Source of the DNA: Fidelibacterota bacterium
GTDB taxonomy: Bacteria > Fidelibacterota > Marinisomatia > Marinisomatales > S15-B10
Direction of reading: 5' to 3'
Assembly: GCA_046861655.1 (NCBI GenBank)
Contig: JBHIAI010000056.1
Location: 1-11,058 of the forward strand
Length of the DNA stretch: 11,058 nt
Shown here piece after piece: positions 1 through 7,460 of the stretch. Under the pieces are notes generated by a model. The model did not search any database, had not been told where the DNA came from, and saw nothing but the letters and a program-made list of their open reading frames with translations. A program made the position numbers and the translations under genes. The first letter of the stretch is position 1; each line of letters opens with the position of its first letter.

Positions 1-1
1 G

Positions 2-55
2 ACGGAAATCACCAGGGCTGCGGAGCGGGTGGCGAGGGTCCTGGGTTCGTCATGA
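2..55 (+). CDS. 3' end of an upstream gene (partial, product not determinable)
   Basis: Frame from position 2 reads TEITRAAERVARVLGSS*. Its TGA (53-55) overlaps the selB ATG (ATGA, 52-55), the usual translational-coupling arrangement. 17 residues are too few to identify; a SelA or NifS/IscS-like C-terminal helix is plausible from context only. Confidence 0.55.
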   Translation, partial: TEITRAAERVARVLGSS

Positions 56-1935
56 ATCAAGTGGTTATCGGAACAGCCGGCCATATTGATCACGGCAAGA
101 CAACCCTTGTGAAGGCCCTGACGGGAACGGACACCGACCGTCTGCCCCAGGAAAAAAGCCGGGAAATGACCATCGATCTGGGATTTGCTTTTCTCACAGA
201 CGACATCACCATAATCGACGTCCCGGGACACGAGAAGTTCATCCGGAACATGGTAGCGGGGGTCAGCACTGTTGACATCGCCCTCGTCACCATCGCTGCC
301 GATGACGGGATCATGCCCCAAACCCGGGAACACATCGATATTCTGCGTCTACTGGAAGTTCCATCCGGTTGCATCGCCCTGACCAAGACTGACCTGGTGG
401 AGGATCCAGCCTGGCTCGATCTCTTGGAGGAGGAAATCGGGGAATATGTTCAGGGCTCTTTCTTGGAGGGTGCTCCCGTAGTGAGGGTTTCCGGGGAAAC
501 GGGGGAAGGTGTGGAGACCCTCAGGAGAGTTCTTGAGTCCCTTGCCGGCGAGGCCAGGGCGAAGACCGACCGGGGATTCTTTCGTATGTACGTGGACCGT
601 GTGTTTACCCTGAAAGGTATCGGAACCGTGGTTACCGGAACGGTGACCGGGGGATCCCTGAACAAGGGAGGTGAGGTGGAAATCCTCCCCGGTGGGAAGA
701 TCAGTAAGGTCCGGGGACTCCAGTCCCATGAAAGGGACGTCCCGTCGGTTTCACTCGGTGACCGGGCGGCGGTAAACCTGAGTCATGCCGACCGGTCTGA
801 CCTCCGTCGGGGATCCCAACTGGTTTCTCCCGGATTCATGACGTCCACCCGGAGATTGGGTGTGGAGCTTTCCCTTGTGGACGGAACCACCAGGAGCGTC
901 CGTCATCAGCAGCGGGTGAGGGTTCACGCGGGCACGGATCAGGTCATGGGACGGGTGTACCTTGCCGGGGAGAATCCGAAGAGACAGCTTCATGGCGGAG
1001 ACACCGATGGGGTCCTTATCCGGTTGGAAAAGGAGGTGGCGGCGGCCGTGAATGATCCCCTGATCATCCGGTTCTATTCGCCGGCGGAAACCATCGGAGG
1101 GGGAACCGTGATCGATACGGACCCCCCCGCCCAGTGGAAGACGTGCCGTACGTGGATCCGTTCTCTTTCAGGGCTGGACCTCCTGGGTCGCTTGAAGACC
1201 TATCTTGACCGCTACGCGGACCGCCCCCTTTCTCTCGAGGCGTGGTCGCGCCGGTGGCAGGTGGCCCCGGGGATCATCCGGCAGTGGCTCGTGGATCTTC
1301 CCACCGTGGAATTCGGGTCCCCTGAGAATCCCTTTGTGACGCTGAAGGAGGCTGTCTCTTCCCAGAAAGAGAATCTGGTGGGAACCCTGGAACAGTTTCA
1401 TCAGGATTCGCCGTACAAGCGGGGTATTTCCCGGGATGACCTGCGGAAAAGGGAAGGGTTAAGCGGTCCCCTGTTCGACCATCTTTGCTCCCAGCTTGAA
1501 TCGGAAAACAGGATTGAGGCGGTTCAAGGCGTTGTCCGGCTGAAGGAGTTCCGGCCCCGGTTCAAGGAGAAGGACAGGGCTCTGGCCCGGAAGGTGGAAA
1601 CCATCCTGAAGGAGTCGGCATTCACCCCGCCCACGCTGAAGGAACTGGAGGGGGATCTGGACCTGAGCCGCTCCAGGATCCTTGAGATCATGCATGTGTT
1701 GAAACAGGACGGCAAGGTGGTGGAGGTGGGGCGCGACCTGTGGTTCCCTGCGGATCTCATGGCTTCACTCGAGGGGGAGATAAAGACCTTTCTCCGTCAG
1801 AATTCTTCTCTTGCCGTACCCCAGTTCAAGTCCATGACCCATACCACTCGAAAGCATGCCATCCCGCTGCTGGAGTACCTGGACAGGAAAAAGGTCACAC
1901 GCAGAAAAGGGGACCAGAGGGTGCTGGGATCTTGA
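52..1935 (+). CDS. selB: Selenocysteine-specific translation elongation factor SelB (627 aa)
   Basis: G1 GTAGHIDHGKTT, TIDLGF, G3 IDVPGHEKFIRNMVAG, G4 TKTD, domain II VDRVFTLKGIGTVVTGT, and a long C-terminal winged-helix extension ending in the SECIS-binding signature TRKHAIPLLEYLDRKKVTRRKGDQR. Confidence 0.97.
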   Translation: MNQVVIGTAGHIDHGKTTLVKALTGTDTDRLPQEKSREMTIDLGFAFLTDDITIIDVPGHEKFIRNMVAGVSTVDIALVTIAADDGIMPQTREHIDILRLLEVPSGCIALTKTDLVEDPAWLDLLEEEIGEYVQGSFLEGAPVVRVSGETGEGVETLRRVLESLAGEARAKTDRGFFRMYVDRVFTLKGIGTVVTGTVTGGSLNKGGEVEILPGGKISKVRGLQSHERDVPSVSLGDRAAVNLSHADRSDLRRGSQLVSPGFMTSTRRLGVELSLVDGTTRSVRHQQRVRVHAGTDQVMGRVYLAGENPKRQLHGGDTDGVLIRLEKEVAAAVNDPLIIRFYSPAETIGGGTVIDTDPPAQWKTCRTWIRSLSGLDLLGRLKTYLDRYADRPLSLEAWSRRWQVAPGIIRQWLVDLPTVEFGSPENPFVTLKEAVSSQKENLVGTLEQFHQDSPYKRGISRDDLRKREGLSGPLFDHLCSQLESENRIEAVQGVVRLKEFRPRFKEKDRALARKVETILKESAFTPPTLKELEGDLDLSRSRILEIMHVLKQDGKVVEVGRDLWFPADLMASLEGEIKTFLRQNSSLAVPQFKSMTHTTRKHAIPLLEYLDRKKVTRRKGDQRVLGS

Positions 1936-1979
1936 CCCGTTCCCGATCTGAACAGGTTCCTTCCCGGGGCCGGCAGGGG

Positions 1980-4559
1980 ATGACCCCCCTCATGCGCCAG
2001 TATACCCGTATCAAGCGGGACTATTCAGACGCCCTGGTTCTGTTCCGGATGGGGGATTTCTATGAGACCTTCGACGATGACGCCAGGACCGCCTCCCGTA
2101 TCCTGGGCATCACCCTGACCAAGAGATCCAACGGTGCGGCCAGGGACGTCCCCCTGGCCGGTTTTCCCCACCGTGCCCTGGATGTGTACCTCCCCAAACT
2201 GACCGGGTCGGGACTCAGAGTGGCCATCTGCGAACAGGTGGAGGATCCCAAGGTGGCCCGGGGGGTGGTGAAGCGGGAAGTGGTTGAAGTGGTCACACCC
2301 GGCACTGCCTATTCCGATGACACGTCGACCGGAAAGACCAACAATTTCCTGGGTGCCATAACGTACGGCCAACAAAGGGTTGGATTCGCGTTTCTGGATC
2401 ATTCCACCGGTGAATTCTACGCCGGCGAGTCGGAACCGGAGGAGGTGCTGGATAATTTGCTGTCCTTCCGCCCTCGCGAAATGATCGTTCAGGAGGATTT
2501 CAGGTATGATGGAGTCCCCTGGTATGACAGGATCCGCCCGTTCATCACTGAAATGGACGTATGGGCTTTCGATTACGACACCTCCAGAAAGGCCCTTCTG
2601 GATCACTTTGAAACCCCGTCCCTCCAGGGCTACGGATGTGAGGATTTTGTTGAAGGGGTCCAGGCGGCCGGGGTCATCCTCAGGTATGTGGAACAGAATG
2701 TCCAGGGTCAGCTCAATCACGTTACAAAACTGATCCCCATTCGCAATGATGACATTCTGGGTCTGGATGATTTTACTGTGCGAAATCTTGAGTTGTTTTC
2801 AAGCCTTTCCACCCAGGGAACTCACGGGTCCCTGATGAGTATTCTGGATGACACGGTCACGGCGGGGGGTGGTCGGCTGCTGAGGAGATGGTTGAACCGT
2901 CCCCTCACTCGTCGGGCGGCCATAGAAGCGAGGTTCGACAGGGTGGAGGGACTGGTGGCCAACCCCCATCTAAGAGGGGAGGTTCGAAGATGGCTGCGGG
3001 CGTGTTCCGACCTGGAGAGAGTTGTGGGGAAACTGAGCCGCGGCCGGGCCGCACCAAGGGATGTGGCGGGCCTTAAGGCCACCCTGGAAATCATCCCCGC
3101 ATTAAGGCAAGAACTTTCCGGCTCAGGGAGTGATGCTCTGAGAAAAGAATCGGAAGATTTTCAAGACACGGTGGACCTGGTGGCCGCCATCGGGAAAACG
3201 CTGGTGGACTCCCCGCCGGTTTCCGTGTCTCAAGGGGGAGTCATCCGGCAGGGTGTGGACGAGGAGCTGGATGAGTTGAGGGACGTGAAGAAAAGGGGAA
3301 AGGAATGGATTGCGAGTCTGGAGAGTGACGAACGGAGAAAGACAGGGATTCCGTCGCTCAAAGTGGGGTATAACCGGGTGTTTGGTTACTATCTCGAGGT
3401 CACAAAAGTTCATCAGAAGAGAGTGCCCGAGACCTACATCCGGAAACAGACCCTTGTAAACGCCGAACGGTATGCCACTCCCGAATTGAAGGAATTCGAG
3501 GAGAAAATCCTGACGGCCGAAGAGAAAATCGAGGACATTGAAACCCGGCTTTTCCTGGAGCTCCGCTCACAGATTCTGTCGGAAGCCCATCGTATCCAGC
3601 ACAACGGGGCTATTCTCAACCGATTGGATGTGTACGCCTCCCTGGCGGAGGTGGCGTCCGACAGGAAGTATGTACGACCTGTTCTGAATGAGGACCGGAT
3701 CCTCCGGCTGTCCGACGCCCGTCATCCCGTGGTGGAAACGCTCCTTCCTTCCGGGGAAAAATTCGTGGCCAACGATCTGGACTTGTCGGCAGAAAAGGAC
3801 CAGATTCTTCTCATAACCGGTCCGAACATGGCCGGAAAGTCCACCTTTCTCCGTCAGGTGGGACTGATTGTCGTACTGGCTCAAATGGGAAGCTTCGTCC
3901 CGGCCCGGGAGGCCACCATAGGGATTGTGGACCGGCTCTTCACCCGGGTGGGTGCCAGCGATAACCTGGCCGGCGGAGAATCGACCTTTCTGGTGGAAAT
4001 GACGGAGGCGGCCAATATTCTCAACAATGCCACTCCGAGGAGTCTGGTATTGTTTGACGAAATCGGGAGAGGAACAGCCACCTACGACGGCCTGTCCCTT
4101 GCCTGGGCCATTACCGAGTACCTGCACGACTCCCCCGGTTCCCAGGCCCGCACCCTGTTCGCCACTCACTACCACGAGCTCACCGGGTTGGAAGAGCTGA
4201 TGGAACGGGTAAGGAACGTGAACGCGGCTGTGAAGGAATCCGGGGAAAAGATCGTCTTCTTGAGAAAAATCGTTCCCGGTCCATGTGACAAGAGCTACGG
4301 CATCCACGTGGCTCAGATGGCTGGGGTTCCCCAGTCCGTCATCACCAGGGCCCAGAAGATTCTGAACCACCTTGTGGGCGGAAAACCCGGGGCTCCACAC
4401 CGAAGACTCGAACGGGAACCGGGAGATCACCAGATCGGCCTGTTTGAGCAGAAGGAATCAGAGTTCAGGAAAGCCCTGGACCGGCTGGACATCGACCAGA
4501 TGACACCGCTGGAAGCCCTTCAGAAGCTTCACGAACTCAAATCCAGGTACGGGAAATGA
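1980..4559 (+). CDS. mutS: DNA mismatch repair protein MutS (MutS1, 859 aa from ATG 1980; alternative TTG start at 1932)
   Basis: N-terminal TPLMRQY, mismatch-binding FRMGDFYETF, Walker A TGPNMAGKSTFLRQ, FTRVGASDNLAGGESTF, Walker B DEIGRGT, FATHYHELT, SYGIHVAQMAG, and C-terminal beta-clamp-binding-like QIGLF (4431-4445). The 1740 start in the ORF track lies inside selB and adds non-homologous sequence. Confidence 0.97.
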   Translation: MTPLMRQYTRIKRDYSDALVLFRMGDFYETFDDDARTASRILGITLTKRSNGAARDVPLAGFPHRALDVYLPKLTGSGLRVAICEQVEDPKVARGVVKREVVEVVTPGTAYSDDTSTGKTNNFLGAITYGQQRVGFAFLDHSTGEFYAGESEPEEVLDNLLSFRPREMIVQEDFRYDGVPWYDRIRPFITEMDVWAFDYDTSRKALLDHFETPSLQGYGCEDFVEGVQAAGVILRYVEQNVQGQLNHVTKLIPIRNDDILGLDDFTVRNLELFSSLSTQGTHGSLMSILDDTVTAGGGRLLRRWLNRPLTRRAAIEARFDRVEGLVANPHLRGEVRRWLRACSDLERVVGKLSRGRAAPRDVAGLKATLEIIPALRQELSGSGSDALRKESEDFQDTVDLVAAIGKTLVDSPPVSVSQGGVIRQGVDEELDELRDVKKRGKEWIASLESDERRKTGIPSLKVGYNRVFGYYLEVTKVHQKRVPETYIRKQTLVNAERYATPELKEFEEKILTAEEKIEDIETRLFLELRSQILSEAHRIQHNGAILNRLDVYASLAEVASDRKYVRPVLNEDRILRLSDARHPVVETLLPSGEKFVANDLDLSAEKDQILLITGPNMAGKSTFLRQVGLIVVLAQMGSFVPAREATIGIVDRLFTRVGASDNLAGGESTFLVEMTEAANILNNATPRSLVLFDEIGRGTATYDGLSLAWAITEYLHDSPGSQARTLFATHYHELTGLEELMERVRNVNAAVKESGEKIVFLRKIVPGPCDKSYGIHVAQMAGVPQSVITRAQKILNHLVGGKPGAPHRRLEREPGDHQIGLFEQKESEFRKALDRLDIDQMTPLEALQKLHELKSRYGK

Positions 4560-4572
4560 ACGGGGACGAGAT

Positions 4573-5595
4573 GTGAGGAACCGAGATTTCATGGCGTGGC
4601 TGGTCCTGGTCTTTGTTTTCGCCGGTCCGCTCAAACCCGAATCCATATGGGTCCAGTACGGGAACCAGCTGTTCCAGGAGGCGGGAGACGCCCGGTCGGT
4701 GGCCTTGAGCGGTTCGGAAGTGGCGTCCGCCACCGGCCCCCTTTCCATTCTGTGGAACCCGTCTCGCCTCCAGGCCCCCAGCGAAAACGTGGTGGTGTAC
4801 GCCCACCAGGAAAGGTTTTCAAAGGCAATAATATATGACATAATCGGGTTCAACTTAAAGGAAAGCTCTAAGTCAAAGCTCGCTTTTGCTTTGATTCGTG
4901 AGGCGGTGGATGGGATCCCTGATACCCGGGAGGCCCTCCGGTACGGTTTTACTTCCCTGGATGAACCCGGGGCCCGGATCGTCTCTTCCCGGGTGGTGTA
5001 TTTCAATCAGGTCCAGTGGGCGGGTCTTCTGGGAATGGCCCAGATCCTTGGAGAGTGGAAAGTGGGAGGCAGTGCCAAGGTTCTGGTTCACCGGCTGGGT
5101 GAATACAGTGGGTACGGTATCGGGTTCGACGTGGGTGCTTACCGGGATCTTACGCCCCGGACAACGGTGGGGTTCGCCGTTCGCGATGCCACCACCTCCT
5201 GGGTGGTTTGGGATTCGGGGACGGTGGAGCGGATGGCCCCCCGGGTGCATCTGGGTGCCCGTTCAGCTGTGGTTTCAGAGTCGTTGAACCTCACCTTGAA
5301 TGTGCTCGGTGCCGCCATTGTCAATCTGGCCGGACGCACCCGGCAGGACAGTTTCAGGGCCCTAGGGGCAGGAGGTCACTTTCGGTGGGGGATGGACGTC
5401 CGGTACAAGGAGAACTTTCACGTCAGGGCCGGGCTGAACCCGTTGAGCGGCTATTCTCTGGGTCTTGGCCTGGGGTTTCCTTTTGGACAGGTGGACTATG
5501 CCTACGCTCCCCATTCCCTGGGTACGAGCCATTATGTTTCTTTGAATCTCCGGGTCAGTTTCCTACATTCGCTTAAGGAAAAGATGGGTGGGTGA
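4573..5595 (+). CDS. Exported outer-membrane beta-barrel protein, PorV/PorQ (FadL-like) family candidate; start GTG 4573 or ATG 4591
   Basis: Hydrophobic signal-peptide-like N-terminus (MAWLVLVFVFAG). The segment FQEAGDARSVALSGSEVA...SILWNPSRL resembles the PorV-type ARxxxMGxAxxA...YWNPAGL motif. GYGIGFDVGAY and many alternating amphipathic strands follow (YSLGLGLGF, QVDYAY, LGTSHYVSLNL). Family assigned from recalled motifs, not a search. Confidence 0.7.
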   Translation: MRNRDFMAWLVLVFVFAGPLKPESIWVQYGNQLFQEAGDARSVALSGSEVASATGPLSILWNPSRLQAPSENVVVYAHQERFSKAIIYDIIGFNLKESSKSKLAFALIREAVDGIPDTREALRYGFTSLDEPGARIVSSRVVYFNQVQWAGLLGMAQILGEWKVGGSAKVLVHRLGEYSGYGIGFDVGAYRDLTPRTTVGFAVRDATTSWVVWDSGTVERMAPRVHLGARSAVVSESLNLTLNVLGAAIVNLAGRTRQDSFRALGAGGHFRWGMDVRYKENFHVRAGLNPLSGYSLGLGLGFPFGQVDYAYAPHSLGTSHYVSLNLRVSFLHSLKEKMGG

Positions 5596-5687
5596 CTGTG
5601 GATAACTTGTTAATTATTTAGCATGTTAGAAGCGACAATTTGGGTGAACATTCGGCTCCTCCGGAACCAGCAATGGATTGAGGTTTC
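5596..5687 (+). promoter_or_regulatory. AT-rich intergenic region, probable promoter region of the yicC-gmk-rpoZ-udg-dnaB-rel block
   Basis: 92-bp gap; 5601-5640 is 11/40 G+C against about 58-60% elsewhere. GAGGT (5680-5684) precedes ATG 5688. I could not assign a convincing -35/-10 pair. Confidence 0.45.
5597..5605 (-). promoter_or_regulatory. Perfect DnaA box (TTATCCACA)
   Basis: + strand TGTGGATAA at 5597-5605 is the reverse complement of the consensus TTATCCACA. It lies in the only sizeable intergenic gap and is followed by an AT-rich tract. Confidence 0.6.
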
Positions 5688-6557
5688 ATGATCAAAAGTA
5701 TGACAGGGTCCGGATACGCCACGGTGGAAGCCAACGGCCAGTCTTTCTCTGTGGGTATCCGGTCCGTGAACAGCCGGTACTTGAACGTAACGGTCAAATT
5801 GCCCCGGGGACTTGAGGAGGCAGAGGATGTCATCCGCCAGGCGGTACAGGACCGGTGCAAGCGGGGACGGATTTCCGTGGAAGTGGTGATGGGCGATGCG
5901 GCGCCTGTGCCCGACGGAAGCGTAACATTTGACCGGAAACGATTTGAAGCCTACGCTTCAGTCCTGGACGCTATCGAGCGGGACTACGGCAAACGGATCG
6001 ACATCGCTCAGGTGGTGGACATGAAGGATCTGGTGATGGTGGGGGAGGAAAGGGCCCGGGGGGACACAGACCTCCTGATGACGGGGGTTGTCGAAGCTCT
6101 GAAGAAGCTGGATGGCATGAGGGACAGGGAAGGAAAGGCCATGGCCAGGGATGTGCTGGCGAGGCTGGAGGGAATGGAGAGGGATCTCCGAAGAGTCGCC
6201 ACCATGTGTCAGAAGTTTCTTCCCGAAGTGCAGGAAGGGTACCGGGACCGGATCAAGAACCTGATGGAAGGGGGGGCGGTGGATGAGAATCGTATCCTCC
6301 AGGAAGCGGCTATCCTGGCGGAGAAGATGGATGTTACGGAAGAGTGCGTACGCAGCGCCAGTCATCTCGATCAGTTCAGGGAACTGGTGGTATCCTCCGA
6401 ACCGGTGGGGAAGCGTCTTAATTTCCTGTTGCAGGAGATTACCCGGGAGGTAAACACCATGGGGTCAAAATCGGACAGGATTGAAATCAGCCGGATCGTG
6501 GTGGATCTGAAGGATACGGTGGAGAAGGTGAAAGAGCAGGTCCAGAATATTCTATGA
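5688..6557 (+). CDS. yicC: YicC/YloC family endoribonuclease (289 aa)
   Basis: N-terminal MIKSMTGSG...IRSVNSRYL, CKRGRI, and C-terminal AEKMDVTEECVR..SHL..F, GKRLNFLLQEITREVNTMGSK, EKVKEQVQNI. Located in its usual position upstream of gmk. Confidence 0.95.
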   Translation: MIKSMTGSGYATVEANGQSFSVGIRSVNSRYLNVTVKLPRGLEEAEDVIRQAVQDRCKRGRISVEVVMGDAAPVPDGSVTFDRKRFEAYASVLDAIERDYGKRIDIAQVVDMKDLVMVGEERARGDTDLLMTGVVEALKKLDGMRDREGKAMARDVLARLEGMERDLRRVATMCQKFLPEVQEGYRDRIKNLMEGGAVDENRILQEAAILAEKMDVTEECVRSASHLDQFRELVVSSEPVGKRLNFLLQEITREVNTMGSKSDRIEISRIVVDLKDTVEKVKEQVQNIL

Positions 6558-7144
6558 CCGGGGGAAAACTGCGACATAAGAATCTGGTGGTCATTTCCGC
6601 TCCGTCCGGCTCCGGTAAGACCACGATTTGTCGTGAGCTTCAGAAGAGGCGACCCAGGTGGAGGTTCGCCGTTTCCTGCACCACCCGCCCTCCCCGTGAC
6701 TACGAAAACAACGGGTATGATTACGAGTTTTTATCCGAAAAGGAATTCTTTCGGAGAGTGGACTCGGGGGAACTTGTGGAACACGAAGAAGTACACGGAT
6801 ACCTCTATGGCACTCCCAGGGCGGAGATCGACTGGGCCCTGGAGAATGACGAAGTGTTGCTTCTGGAGGTCGATGTAAAGGGGGGGATTTCCATCAAGGA
6901 GGCCTATCCCCGTCATGCGCTCACCGTTTTTGTGAAGCCGCCCAGTCTGGAAGAACTGAAAGAGCGGTTGAGGAATCGAGGTTCGGAATCTGAGGAACAT
7001 ATCGAGAAGAGGATGGAGCGGGTGGTCATGGAGATGGCGTACGAGGATCAGTATGACGTTTCCGTCGTGAACGACAACCTGGGCGATACCGTGGGGAGAA
7101 TCATCCAGGTCATTGAAGAAACAAAACAGGAGGTTGAACCGTAA
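6554..7144 (+). CDS. gmk: Guanylate kinase (196 aa)
   Basis: P-loop ISAPSGSGKTT, SCTTRPPR, GYDYEFLS, YGTPR, LLEVDVKG, FVKPPSLEELKERLRNRGSES, VVNDNL. ATGA overlap with the yicC stop. Confidence 0.97.
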   Translation: MTGGKLRHKNLVVISAPSGSGKTTICRELQKRRPRWRFAVSCTTRPPRDYENNGYDYEFLSEKEFFRRVDSGELVEHEEVHGYLYGTPRAEIDWALENDEVLLLEVDVKGGISIKEAYPRHALTVFVKPPSLEELKERLRNRGSESEEHIEKRMERVVMEMAYEDQYDVSVVNDNLGDTVGRIIQVIEETKQEVEP

Positions 7145-7150
7145 GGAGGA
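7143..7150 (+). promoter_or_regulatory. Strong Shine-Dalgarno sequence for rpoZ
   Basis: AAGGAGGA overlaps the gmk stop and ends 4 nt before ATG 7155. Confidence 0.75.
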
Positions 7151-7154
7151 CCCA

Positions 7155-7460
7155 ATGGCAGTTGAAACCTTAGCCTTTCGAGACCTAGAGAAACACACCA
7201 AAGACACCTACGAAGCGACGCTCATCATGGCCAAGCGGGCCAGGCAGATCATTGCCGAGAGGGCGGTGGAGGAAGAATTCGAGGAGATAGAAGATGAGCT
7301 CGGCCTGATGGAGGAGCGGCCCCGGGAGTTTGAGGACTACGTGGAACCCGAGAAGCCGGTCCGCATCGCCCTCAGGGAATTCCTGAACGGGGAGCTGGAA
7401 TGGTCCTACTCTCGGGCGGAGGATGACGATGACGGGAAGGAGGGTGAGTCGACGTCGTGA
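7155..7460 (+). CDS. rpoZ: DNA-directed RNA polymerase subunit omega (101 aa, acidic)
   Basis: YEATLIMAKRARQI and EKPVRIALREFLNGEL are the two conserved omega segments. Directly downstream of gmk. The SD supports ATG 7155 rather than the 7113 start in the track. Confidence 0.88.
   Translation: MAVETLAFRDLEKHTKDTYEATLIMAKRARQIIAERAVEEEFEEIEDELGLMEERPREFEDYVEPEKPVRIALREFLNGELEWSYSRAEDDDDGKEGESTS

Noticed and set aside
1740..1931. N-terminal extension of the 939-aa MutS ORF
   Set aside because: It overlaps the conserved SelB C-terminal domain in another frame and has no MutS-like sequence; homology starts at TPLMRQY (1980).
2720..2810. Milder AT-rich patch in mutS with short inverted repeat CTTGA...TCAAG
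   Set aside because: It encodes the conserved LDDFTVRNLELF segment, and a 5-bp repeat is not significant.
2025..4430. Long minus-strand ORFs (2025-2720, 3567-4430 and others)
   Set aside because: Antisense shadows of mutS, expected in GC-rich coding DNA.
5593..5613. Sec read-through of the barrel-gene TGA (also checked for the mutS, yicC and rpoZ TGAs)
   Set aside because: An in-frame TAA follows within 6 codons for the barrel gene; the other proteins are already full length at their TGA and lack redox-motif context.
5596..5687. Complete chromosomal oriC or intrinsic terminator in the gap
   Set aside because: Only one perfect and one degenerate DnaA box in 92 bp, no clear DnaA-trio repeat, and no GC hairpin followed by a U-tract.
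7113..7154. Longer rpoZ start at 7113
   Set aside because: It lies inside gmk; the strong SD AAGGAGGA points to ATG 7155.
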